A stretch of DNA of 64,000 nucleotides from a virus. The stretch lies in IMG/VR virus record IMGVR_UViG_3300005805_000047, positions 64,001 through 128,000 of that record, one strand, 5' to 3'. Of this stretch, positions 20,508-29,697 are shown piece after piece. Under the pieces are notes generated by a model that saw nothing but the letters and a program-made list of their open reading frames with translations, had not been told where the DNA came from and did not search any database. The position numbers and the translations under genes are program-made. Position 1 is the first letter of the stretch. Each line of letters opens with the position of its first letter.

Positions 20508-21671
20508 ATGTCAACGAACCGTAAAGATATTTATTCCTCCATGCCCGATAGTTCCTTCGGCGGATTCGGAGAAACAATTCGTGAACGCGAAATAGTTCTT
20601 TCACCTATGCGTAGCGAAGCCCCCAAGCGTAAACGTAAGCGCAAGAAGGAAAAGTACCTAGAGGAAAAAAGCATTGAGCAGAAAATGCTCATGCAGAAAT
20701 CATTTGAGCGCACATTCTCAAAGCGCATCAACGAACTTGATGATGAGACATTGGACATTCTCTTCCCAGAGGGAGACGATGCCGCCATCGATAAGTTCAT
20801 TTCAGAGATAGATGACAAGTGGTTGTTTGATACTGCTGGGGCATTCATCCGCAGAACCCTTACTGGACGTCGCCGTCGCCGAAGGAAGTCCGCTGATGCT
20901 GGGATTGAGATTAAAGGCGAATATACCAAGCCAGAATTGCGCGAACGAATCAAGAGACGCGTCATGGCGGGATCAAAGGGTGGGAAACCAGGTCAATGGT
21001 CTGCCCGTAAGGCCCAGTTGGTCGCCCAAGAGTACGAGAAGGCAGGTGGTGGTTATAGGGGCAAGAAGTCGGGAACACAACAGTCTCTCTCCAAGTGGAC
21101 AAAAGAGAAGTGGACTACATCTGACGGTAAGCCGGCTATTCGCAAAGGTGGAACGACTCGCTACCTACCGGAAAAGGCATGGAACAATTTGACGCCAGCA
21201 CAAAGAGCTGCAACCAACCGCAAGAAGCGCGAGGGAAGCAGGGGTGGTCGACAGTTTGTCCCCAACACCGATGCTGCCGAACGCGCAGGTGCATCTGCAC
21301 GAAAGAAGAATGATCAGTTGGGGGTTGAAGGGAAGGCTGCAAAGAAACCAGTGCTACGCGACCCAAAGGGTGGCCTAACAGCGGCTGGTCGGGCACACTT
21401 TAAGCGCACCGAGGGTGCGAACCTCAAGCCTGGCGTAAAGGGTGCAGCAGACACGCCAGAGAAGATGAGGCGAAAGGGATCGTTCCTGACGAGGTTCTTC
21501 ACCAACCCGTCCGGTCCGATGGTGGGCGAAAATGGAAAGCCGACTCGCCTTGCTCTTTCCGCAGCGGCGTGGGGTGAACCCGTGCCAAAGAATCGATCTG
21601 ATGCAGCCAAACTTGCCGCCAAGGGGCGCAGACTTCTTGAGCGCTACGAGAAGACCAAGAAAAAGAAGTGA
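20508..21671 (+). CDS. basic multidomain protein (DUF5872-like + DUF6321-like)
   Basis: YTKPELRERIK...GGKPGQWSARKAQL and GGLTAAGRAHFKRTEGANLKP segments. Confidence 0.65.
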   Translation: MSTNRKDIYSSMPDSSFGGFGETIREREIVLSPMRSEAPKRKRKRKKEKYLEEKSIEQKMLMQKSFERTFSKRINELDDETLDILFPEGDDAAIDKFISEIDDKWLFDTAGAFIRRTLTGRRRRRRKSADAGIEIKGEYTKPELRERIKRRVMAGSKGGKPGQWSARKAQLVAQEYEKAGGGYRGKKSGTQQSLSKWTKEKWTTSDGKPAIRKGGTTRYLPEKAWNNLTPAQRAATNRKKREGSRGGRQFVPNTDAAERAGASARKKNDQLGVEGKAAKKPVLRDPKGGLTAAGRAHFKRTEGANLKPGVKGAADTPEKMRRKGSFLTRFFTNPSGPMVGENGKPTRLALSAAAWGEPVPKNRSDAAKLAAKGRRLLERYEKTKKKK

Positions 21672-21928
21672 ACTGGCTCAATGCGCTGATCGTCGGTGCT
21701 GTCGGTGGTCTTGTAGCCAAGCATCTTGAGTGGACCGTTCCGTTCTCGTACTGGCAGCACTGCTTCAAAGTGTGGTGTTACAACCACTCATTCAAGTGGG
21801 AACTGACGAGGTCAGAAAGAAAGCGTTTGTCCTATGACGTCTGTGGCGACGAAGAAAAGTTCCGCTACGAGCAGAGAGCGCGAGAAATAAAGGGGAGACG
21901 CGTCCCCAAGAGCGGTCAAATCAACTAG
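21668..21928 (+). CDS. hypothetical protein
   Basis: GTGA overlap with the upstream stop. Confidence 0.55.
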   Translation: MNWLNALIVGAVGGLVAKHLEWTVPFSYWQHCFKVWCYNHSFKWELTRSERKRLSYDVCGDEEKFRYEQRAREIKGRRVPKSGQIN

Positions 21929-21998
21929 TACCCCCAAATTGGCACAACACTATCCAGTGATACAATAGTGTTCAAACAGAAATCAAGGAGTTGCACAA

Positions 21999-22292
21999 AT
22001 GTCTGGTTATGCTTTGCAACACGGTCACCTAACTTTGAGCACGACAACTCCCGTAGAGGTTATCGTTGACGACACCGACGAAGTTCAGCACCACCTAAGT
22101 ATGGTGATTCAGAATATAGATTCAGCAGCCACTGTATATTTGGGTGATAGCACTGTTTCTTCTTCTGATTACGGCCACAGACTTCTAGCTGGTCAAAGTT
22201 TTGCCATGGAGAAAATGCCCAGAAAAACACACTTGTTTGCTGTCTCAAGTGTTGCCAATTCCAAAATTGCTGTACTCCGGGTTTCGATGTGA
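21999..22292 (+). CDS. small beta-rich putative structural protein
   Basis: IQN...VYLG...V....G..L..G pattern; AAGGAG RBS. Confidence 0.6.
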   Translation: MSGYALQHGHLTLSTTTPVEVIVDDTDEVQHHLSMVIQNIDSAATVYLGDSTVSSSDYGHRLLAGQSFAMEKMPRKTHLFAVSSVANSKIAVLRVSM

Positions 22293-23539
22293 GGTTATTT
22301 CCAGCTTCGAGTGGTGGTGGTACATCCATAACACTCAAGGGGAGTGTGGCCAATGCCTCCCTGCTTCCACCCACAGGCAATTCTGTTGGTGATGCCTACA
22401 TCAATGATGACGATGGCAATCTTTATGTGTGGACGGGAACGGCCTGGAATGATGGCGGTCAAATTGTGGGGCCACAAGGCCCTCCGGGGGCCGATGGGGC
22501 CGATGGGGCTGATGCCCTTTGGAATTTTACTGGTGCCTACAGTGTTGGGGCTTCGTATGCCGTTGGCGATCTGGTGACTTACGCTGGACAAACTTGGTAT
22601 CGAATTAATTCAAATGGTGGCAATACTGGGGATACTCCATCGGAGGGCACATTCTGGACACTAATTGCCGCCGAGGGAGATGTTGGTCCGACAGGAACAC
22701 TCAATGACCTTTCTGATGTTGTTATTACTGCCCCAGAAGAGTTTCAAACTCTTGAATACAACGGCACAAACTGGGTTAACACCTACTCTTCTGTAGTTTC
22801 TTATGTAAGAAACGCTGAAGCAACAACTCTTACTACAGGAACGTGCGTATACCTGTTTGGTTCTACTGGCGATCATGCCACGGTAAAACGAGCAGATAAT
22901 AACTCTGACACAACATCGTCGAAAACAGTTGGTCTTGTTGGAGCACCCATCCTTGCATCAGAAAATGGTCCAGTCATTACTCGTGGGTATGTTGACGGTA
23001 TTGATTTAAGCACTGGTTATGCTGCTGGTGATGTTTTGTGGTTGGGTGAAAACGGAGCATTTACCAAAACAAAACCAGTAGCCCCAGACCACCTGGTATT
23101 TATTGGTGTTGTTGTCCGTGCAACCAATAACGGAATTGTCTATGTAGCCACCCAAAACGGTTATGAATTGGACGAATTGCATGACGTTTCCATTGTTGAT
23201 AAAACATCGGGCGATTTGCTTAAGTACAACGGAAGTTTGTGGGTCAACTCCCAGATAAACCTCAACAATCTGTCAGATGTCGTGGTTTCCACACCGCTAG
23301 GTAAGCAACTGCTTGTTTATGACGATGCGACATCGCAGTGGATTAACGCAAACCCAATTGATTCAACTGGTATTGCCTATAAATCCGGCGTACCAGCAAG
23401 CCCTACGTCAACTGGGCAGGTTGGGCAACTAGCCATAGACGGTGTCAATGCAGTTCTTTATGTTTGTACATCTACAAATAACTGGCAGAAAGTTTCACTG
23501 AATGCTGCCAACTTTAGCAATGCCGGCGGCTTTGCGTAA
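22289..23539 (+). CDS. fibre/decoration protein with collagen-like and carbohydrate-binding-like segments
   Basis: GPQGPPGADGADG; YAVGDLVTYAGQTW; three L..L.DV repeats. Confidence 0.7.
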   Translation: MRLFPASSGGGTSITLKGSVANASLLPPTGNSVGDAYINDDDGNLYVWTGTAWNDGGQIVGPQGPPGADGADGADALWNFTGAYSVGASYAVGDLVTYAGQTWYRINSNGGNTGDTPSEGTFWTLIAAEGDVGPTGTLNDLSDVVITAPEEFQTLEYNGTNWVNTYSSVVSYVRNAEATTLTTGTCVYLFGSTGDHATVKRADNNSDTTSSKTVGLVGAPILASENGPVITRGYVDGIDLSTGYAAGDVLWLGENGAFTKTKPVAPDHLVFIGVVVRATNNGIVYVATQNGYELDELHDVSIVDKTSGDLLKYNGSLWVNSQINLNNLSDVVVSTPLGKQLLVYDDATSQWINANPIDSTGIAYKSGVPASPTSTGQVGQLAIDGVNAVLYVCTSTNNWQKVSLNAANFSNAGGFA

Positions 23540-23576
23540 ATTGACAACACTACATCAAGACATACAGGAGATTGAA

Positions 23577-24026
23577 ATGGCAAAAAAAAATGGTGACGGA
23601 ATTGTTTATCACGGCTCAGATTGTGGCGAGGATTACGTTAGGTGGTATGGCCTTGGTGGCAATGGGGTGGGTCAACCTTGCGACCGCTGGCTCGTTGGGC
23701 TTCCGGACTGGGTTTACAAACTGGTGCACTACTTTGATTGGAACTTTAGAGCAGAAGATTTAGCTCTGTATAACAAATCTCTTTATGATGCCTACGCCGA
23801 CATGGTCAGCAAGGGGGGTGGGCTACCACTCAACGGAAAAGTCGTAGACTGGAACGGTACGCCCACTCGTGTTGCAATTGACCCCATCTATGCAGGTCCT
23901 TATTTGGAGGCACGAGAAGCTTTTCGTGCGGAAGTCTATGCAATAAATGGAAACCAAGACACGAGCAACATGCCAGACTTTAGAGAGGTGTCGGTGGATA
24001 TGAATGGCACCAAAGCTTGGGTGTAG
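23577..24026 (+). CDS. hypothetical protein
   Basis: AGGAG RBS before ATG 23577. Confidence 0.65.
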   Translation: MAKKNGDGIVYHGSDCGEDYVRWYGLGGNGVGQPCDRWLVGLPDWVYKLVHYFDWNFRAEDLALYNKSLYDAYADMVSKGGGLPLNGKVVDWNGTPTRVAIDPIYAGPYLEAREAFRAEVYAINGNQDTSNMPDFREVSVDMNGTKAWV

Positions 24027-24029
24027 TAA

Positions 24030-24290
24030 GTGAAAGTCTGGATTGATCAAGACTTATGCACTGGCGATGGCCTATGCGCAGAGATAGCACCTTCTGTTTT
24101 CGTGATGCACACAGACGGTCTTGCTTATGTCAAAGAGGTAACTTGGCCCAATTTGTTTGGCCCAGATGGAACCGGCGACGGACCAAAACTCCAGATGACG
24201 GCAACAGCCGAGGTTCCGGAAAACCTAATTGACGACGTTGTCCAGTCTGCCGAGGATTGCCCTGGGGAGTGCATCTTCATCGAACTCTGA
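24030..24290 (+). CDS. ferredoxin, actinobacterial single-cluster type
   Basis: MKVWIDQDLCTGDGLCAEIAP...CPGECI. Confidence 0.9.
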   Translation: MKVWIDQDLCTGDGLCAEIAPSVFVMHTDGLAYVKEVTWPNLFGPDGTGDGPKLQMTATAEVPENLIDDVVQSAEDCPGECIFIEL

Positions 24291-24498
24291 GTCTTTCTCC
24301 CATTGGTGGTAGCCGTATTTCCAATCGGATCCATACGGACCTTCGTAAGAATCCACGGCATGCCGTACGGCAAGGTGCATTAGTCCATATGCGGCAAAGA
24401 TAAAACCCAGCAAAATCATGCCCAGCATTATTGCACACTGAGTATGGCTTATCAGATAGTTTTATCTGCTAAATGTGTCACAGTGTTAGTATCTGCCA

Positions 24499-25620
24499 AT
24501 GATCAAAATTGGCAACTGTATAGATTTGCTCTCAGAATTACCCGATTGCTCCGTTGACTCAATTGTCACCGATCCACCGTATGAACTTGGGTTTATGGGG
24601 AAATCATGGGATGCATCGGGCATTGCCTACAACACCGAAGTATGGAAGCAGTGCTTGCGGGTACTGAAACCCGGCGCGCACCTGCTGGCTTTCGGTGGGT
24701 CGCGGACTTATCACCGACTCGCTTGCGCCGTTGAGGATTCCGGCTTTGAGATACGCGATCAGATTATGTGGGTGTACGGTTCTGGGTTCCCCAAATCCCT
24801 GAATGTCGGAAAGCAAGAAGGCTGTGAGCAATGGCAGGGCTGGGGAACTGCACTGAAACCTGCCCACGAACCTATTGTCGTAGCCCGCAAGCCAGTAGAA
24901 GGAACAATTACCAATAATGTTATTCAGTGGGGAACTGGTGCTCTCAACATCGATGCTTGCAGGGTTGAGTTTGTTTCCGACGATGACAAAAAAGAAAGCA
25001 CCACAAAGAACCAGCACGAAGATTTCGGAACGGAACCCATGACGAACAACACCGTCTATGGCGACTACTCAATGGTCAAGCCGGCGAATTACAACCCACC
25101 CGGACGCTGGCCGGCGAACCTTATTCACGACGGGAGTGAAGAAGTCGTCTCGCTGTTCCCGAATAGCAAGGGTGGCGCATACCCAGCACGAAGAGGCGAG
25201 GCAGTGGCGACCTCATTTGCGTCTGGACAGGAAACCGAAGGTGGATTCAGGAAAATGGGCGATGATGGTTCTGCGGCGCGATTCTTCTACTGTGCCAAGG
25301 CATCGACGGCAGAGCGAAATGCAGGATTGGAAGGTTTGCCCAAAAAGAAGGCAGACACCAGAAGTGATGTAGCCGCTGGAATGTGGAAGGACAAGAATGC
25401 TCCCCACCAAAACCATCACCCGACTGTAAAACCAGTAACACTAATGCGTTACTTGGTTCGCTTGATTACACCACCCAATGGCACGGTGCTTGACCCATTC
25501 CTCGGATCTGGGACAACCGCAGTGGCGGCCGTACATGAAAATCTGAACTGGGTCGGTTTTGAGATGAATCCCGAGTATGCCGATATCGCCAGACTAAGAA
25601 GCGAGCATGCTAAGTTCTAG
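24499..25620 (+). CDS. DNA N6-adenine/N4-cytosine methyltransferase, beta class
   Basis: TDPPY before HPTVKP and LDPFLGSGTT. Confidence 0.92.
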   Translation: MIKIGNCIDLLSELPDCSVDSIVTDPPYELGFMGKSWDASGIAYNTEVWKQCLRVLKPGAHLLAFGGSRTYHRLACAVEDSGFEIRDQIMWVYGSGFPKSLNVGKQEGCEQWQGWGTALKPAHEPIVVARKPVEGTITNNVIQWGTGALNIDACRVEFVSDDDKKESTTKNQHEDFGTEPMTNNTVYGDYSMVKPANYNPPGRWPANLIHDGSEEVVSLFPNSKGGAYPARRGEAVATSFASGQETEGGFRKMGDDGSAARFFYCAKASTAERNAGLEGLPKKKADTRSDVAAGMWKDKNAPHQNHHPTVKPVTLMRYLVRLITPPNGTVLDPFLGSGTTAVAAVHENLNWVGFEMNPEYADIARLRSEHAKF

Positions 25621-25622
25621 GC

Positions 25623-26885
25623 ATGTTGCATGTCGGTAACTGTATAGATGTCATATCCCAACTTCGAGATGCGAGCGTTGACTCGGTAGTAACTGATCCA
25701 CCATACGAACTCGGGTTCATGGGAAAGTCTTGGGACTCGACAGGAATTGCCTACAATACCGAACTCTGGAGACAGTGCCTGCGCGTACTAAAGCCGGGTG
25801 GTCACCTCATTGCCTTCAGTGGTGCTCGCACGTACCACCGCATGGCCGTTGCGATCGAGGATGCAGGATTTGAGATACGCGACCAAATCATGTGGGTTTA
25901 TGGATCGGGGTTCCCGAAGTCGCTCAACATATCCAAAGCAATAGACAAAATGGTCGGTGCTGACAGAGAGGTCGTCGGAATCGGTACCTCTGGCAAAACA
26001 CGTCATGTGCTCAATGCGGCCAACACGCCCGACACATTCGGCGGCGAATACGAGATAACAAAGGCGGCATCGGAAGAAGCAAAGCAATGGGAAGGCTGGG
26101 GAACAGCATTGAAGCCAGCACACGAACCGATGGTGCTCGCCAGAAAACCACTTGACGGAACGGTCGCAGAGAATGTTCTGGAATACGGAACCGGTGCATT
26201 GAATATAGATGCGACGAGGATTCCTTTTGGCGAGGAACAGATAAATTTGTCCCGCAAGCAGCGTCAGCAGCAATTTGAGGGTGGCATAGATTTCGGTGCC
26301 AGCAGATTGGTGGGCACAGAAATACCGACCTACAAAGAAGGCGGAAGGTGGCCTGCGAACTTCATCCACGACGGCTCAGAAGAAGTTCTGGAGTTGTTCC
26401 CCGATGCCAAAGGTGGAACTTGGAACACCACCAAGGGTGCGAGACACTTCAACAACAATGGCAAGCCAACTGATTACCAAACCAAGGGACAGGATAAATC
26501 AAACGGTTCGGCAGCTCGCTTCTTTTATTGTGCGAAGGCTTCCTCTGCAGAACGAAACCTCGGTCTGGACGAACTACCGGATCGCAGGCAGGACGAGGAC
26601 GACTACGAGAGGGCAGGAACCACCAACCCGAGGAACCGCTCTCAGAAGATGCGCAAGAACCACCACCCAACAGTCAAGCCAGTCGCCCTGATGAGACACC
26701 TCGTCAAGCTTGTCACCCCTCTAAACGGAACAGTCCTTGACCCTTTCCTCGGATCGGGAACCACGGCAGTCGCAGCCACGCTTGAGGGCATCAACTGGGT
26801 CGGATGCGAAATGAATGAGGAGTATGCACAGATAATTTGGGCTCGGGTGAATCACGCAGAGAAATCCGTCAATGAGGATGAATGA
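25623..26885 (+). CDS. DNA N6-adenine/N4-cytosine methyltransferase, beta class (tandem paralogue)
   Basis: Same motifs; catalytic blocks nearly identical to the upstream gene. Confidence 0.92.
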   Translation: MLHVGNCIDVISQLRDASVDSVVTDPPYELGFMGKSWDSTGIAYNTELWRQCLRVLKPGGHLIAFSGARTYHRMAVAIEDAGFEIRDQIMWVYGSGFPKSLNISKAIDKMVGADREVVGIGTSGKTRHVLNAANTPDTFGGEYEITKAASEEAKQWEGWGTALKPAHEPMVLARKPLDGTVAENVLEYGTGALNIDATRIPFGEEQINLSRKQRQQQFEGGIDFGASRLVGTEIPTYKEGGRWPANFIHDGSEEVLELFPDAKGGTWNTTKGARHFNNNGKPTDYQTKGQDKSNGSAARFFYCAKASSAERNLGLDELPDRRQDEDDYERAGTTNPRNRSQKMRKNHHPTVKPVALMRHLVKLVTPLNGTVLDPFLGSGTTAVAATLEGINWVGCEMNEEYAQIIWARVNHAEKSVNEDE

Positions 26886-27712
26886 TGAGCAAGCGGTACC
26901 CAGCAATAGATTTAATTAGTGGAATCGACATTGGAGAAATTCCCCCAACACCGACCGTGCGTGGGTTTAATTTAACCCTAGACAAACCCAGAAAAATTTT
27001 ATTAGAAGCAGCCAGCAACTACGGTTTCCCAATAAGTTTTACGCAAGAACAAAATGGGGTACTCATACAAAATGTGTATCCAGTTCCGAATTTGGCGACA
27101 CAACAAATTTCCTCGTCTTCCAAAGTCGAACTCGGCCTACACACAGAAACAGCGTTTCATCACTATAAGCCAACGGTCGTCCTTTTATTATGTCTACGTG
27201 GTGATCCGAATGCCGTGACGACCTATGCCACCATTGACAAGATTATTGAACATGTAAGCCACGAATCCATAGACACACTCACTCATCCGTGGTTCACCAC
27301 CTCAATTGATGACAGCTTCAGGATGAACGGCGAAAGCGACATGGAGATTCCGTGCTCAATCCTCAGGAAGGCGACCGAAACCGAGTCGTATGAGATTTGC
27401 TACGACCAGGCCCTAATGAAGGGGGTGAATGAGCAGGCAAACCATGCCCTAGAGGAACTCAAACAGGCAATAAATAAGTCAATAGAACAAATCGTCCTCA
27501 GTGCCGGCGATTTACTGGTCATTGACAACACGAGGGCAATCCACGGTCGACTTCCATTTCAGGCCCGCTACGACGGTACGGATCGATGGTTGCAGCGAGT
27601 GCTCGCCATTGACAGCCTTCCGCCCAAAAGTCATGCCACACATTCATTGGACAAAGAGTTCCCGGCGATAGTTTCTGCGAGAGTTGAATTCGTGCCTATC
27701 ACAATAAGTTAG
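26882..27712 (+). CDS. TauD/clavaminate-synthase-like 2OG-Fe(II) dioxygenase
   Basis: LGLHTE, LLLCLR, GDLLVIDN.RAIHGR, RYDG.DRWLQR. Confidence 0.88.
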   Translation: MMSKRYPAIDLISGIDIGEIPPTPTVRGFNLTLDKPRKILLEAASNYGFPISFTQEQNGVLIQNVYPVPNLATQQISSSSKVELGLHTETAFHHYKPTVVLLLCLRGDPNAVTTYATIDKIIEHVSHESIDTLTHPWFTTSIDDSFRMNGESDMEIPCSILRKATETESYEICYDQALMKGVNEQANHALEELKQAINKSIEQIVLSAGDLLVIDNTRAIHGRLPFQARYDGTDRWLQRVLAIDSLPPKSHATHSLDKEFPAIVSARVEFVPITIS

Positions 27713-27722
27713 TATTTCCCAC

Positions 27723-28154
27723 ATGCCAAAAAGTAGAAAAATTCTCAAAAGCCCGCTTCACAAACACTTGCTGATAAACGGCAAAACCCTGACACCGCCG
27801 ACATCCAAGCGCAGGTTGAAGAAATGGCTGAACAAGCTCGTCTATGACATCGGTATGTACAAAATCGGCGGCCCGTACATCAAGTATGTCAAAGCAAAGG
27901 GAAATGCAGGTCTTACGGCAGTCGTAATGATTGAGACTTCACATGTTGCTTTACACATCTGGGAAGAAGGCGACCAGCCGTACTTCCGTTTCGATCTCTA
28001 CACCTGTGGACCCCTGCACCACAAGGCAGTGCTTGAATCAGTGGCGTACTTTATGGATTCACCAGAAATGGAATGGACGGTTTATGATCGAGCAGATGGA
28101 TTCTGGCAGTACGACTTTGGCAGTTGGCCCCTACGTAAATCTACCCACAAATAG
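27723..28154 (+). CDS. speD: S-adenosylmethionine decarboxylase, phage type
   Basis: GLTAVVMIETSHVALHIW, FDLYTCG. Confidence 0.8.
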   Translation: MPKSRKILKSPLHKHLLINGKTLTPPTSKRRLKKWLNKLVYDIGMYKIGGPYIKYVKAKGNAGLTAVVMIETSHVALHIWEEGDQPYFRFDLYTCGPLHHKAVLESVAYFMDSPEMEWTVYDRADGFWQYDFGSWPLRKSTHK

Positions 28155-28710
28155 GTTTGATGTCGCACTCATAGACCCACCTTGGTCGTACTTCGGCGAC
28201 CAGACAAAAGATGGCGCGGCGGCAAAGTTCTACGGCACCCTCAGCGATGAGGAAATCCGTATGCTTCCAGTAAGGGAACTACTGAACGACCGAGCAGTTG
28301 CTTTCGTTTGGGCAACCGCACCGAGGCTTGATGCGGCGCTTGATTCAATAAAAGCCTGGGGGCTTCACTACAGGGGAGTTGCATTCGTGTGGGTAAAAAC
28401 CACCAGGGAAGGAAAACCGATAGGAGCCAGAGGGGTAAGACCTTCGATAGTCAAACCAACATGCGAGTTCGTACTTGCTTGCTCAACGGTACGCAAAGGC
28501 AGACCACTACCAATAGCAGATGAGTCAATCATCAACACCGTACTTGCCCCAACAAGGGCACACTCACACAAGCCGGACGAAGTCCACGAGAGAATTGAAT
28601 CCCTCTACCCAACTGCCACAAAGGTCGAACTGTTTGCTCGCCGACCACGACAAGGTTGGCAGGTATGGGGTAATCAGATAAATCAAACTGCTACGAACGA
28701 ACTCGTATAG
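28117..28710 (+). CDS. MT-A70 family adenine methyltransferase
   Basis: DPPW, FVWVK, HSHKP, ELFARR..GW..WGNQ; start uncertain (frame open from 27931). Confidence 0.88.
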   Translation: MAVGPYVNLPTNRFDVALIDPPWSYFGDQTKDGAAAKFYGTLSDEEIRMLPVRELLNDRAVAFVWATAPRLDAALDSIKAWGLHYRGVAFVWVKTTREGKPIGARGVRPSIVKPTCEFVLACSTVRKGRPLPIADESIINTVLAPTRAHSHKPDEVHERIESLYPTATKVELFARRPRQGWQVWGNQINQTATNELV

Positions 28711-29697
28711 TGGCGTGAACACCCCCACCCCCTCCATGTCGTTCCCGGAAGTCCCGATAGACACGACCTCGGAGTCACCACGACGAACCACGATACGACC
28801 GAACACACGTTCGCCGGAAACCGAACACACGTTCGCCTCAACCAAACAGTTGTTCACAAGGCCAGATTATGGTCATCGGTTGCTTGTTTTCAACGATTGC
28901 TAACTAACAAATGGTGCTAACGAACCCAGATAACGGTTGTCAAAAAACACAGACGAACGACACACAAAAAGAAGCACTCGAAACAGTGTTATCACTTCCG
29001 ATAACACTTTCCAACTAGTTCACAACCGTCGCAACGAAACCCAACTCGTTGAGAAGTTCGTTGTCTGGTGACGAAGGTCAGTCGCAGACGAATACGAAGT
29101 CAAACGTCATACATACTTGTGTTGTTGCATGACGACACACAACACAGCATAGTGATACAACAGAAACCGAACCATAAAGTGTTTGTTGTTGACGAAAGTT
29201 TGACAACAACTTTGATCGTTGAGAAACACAGTTGTCATGGTCGTTCGTTACCCATGACAGTGGACGAATACACAAGGCATACACCTCGCATACACATACC
29301 CCATACCTCACACCACACAGCGAATACGTCATACCCCATAGGTGAATACAACCCGTAGGCAGGGGGCTTTGACCATAGCCAAAGTTTGCAAGTGCCACGG
29401 GTAGTGCTACGGGTATCTACACACATTCACCTACACCACTCAGTAGTAGCACCCCACACCACACAGTAGGTAGTGAGTAGGTAGTAGGTATCACTAGGTA
29501 TCACTCTGATACCACCACAACACTCGTATCTGTTACCCCTGGTTCTATGCCACCCCCACACCCACCCAACTATCCAAGTAGTGAGTAGCACAGTGGTAGC
29601 ACCACAGTAGCAAGGGGGTATCTCAGTGTGTGGTTCAGCAATACTTTCTTTACTACTAACACCACCACACCAATAGTCGTGCCACAATTGATGGAAC
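28711..29697. other. ~1 kb non-coding, A/C-skewed low-complexity tract (candidate origin, packaging or terminus region)
   Basis: No convincing ORF; ACAC/CCAC runs and GTAG/GGTATCACT repeats. Confidence 0.5.
28800..28835. promoter_or_regulatory. two tandem LexA (SOS)-type boxes
   Basis: CGAAC-ACAC-GTTCG at 28800 and 28822 match the actinobacterial CGAAC-N4-GTTCG core. Confidence 0.6.
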
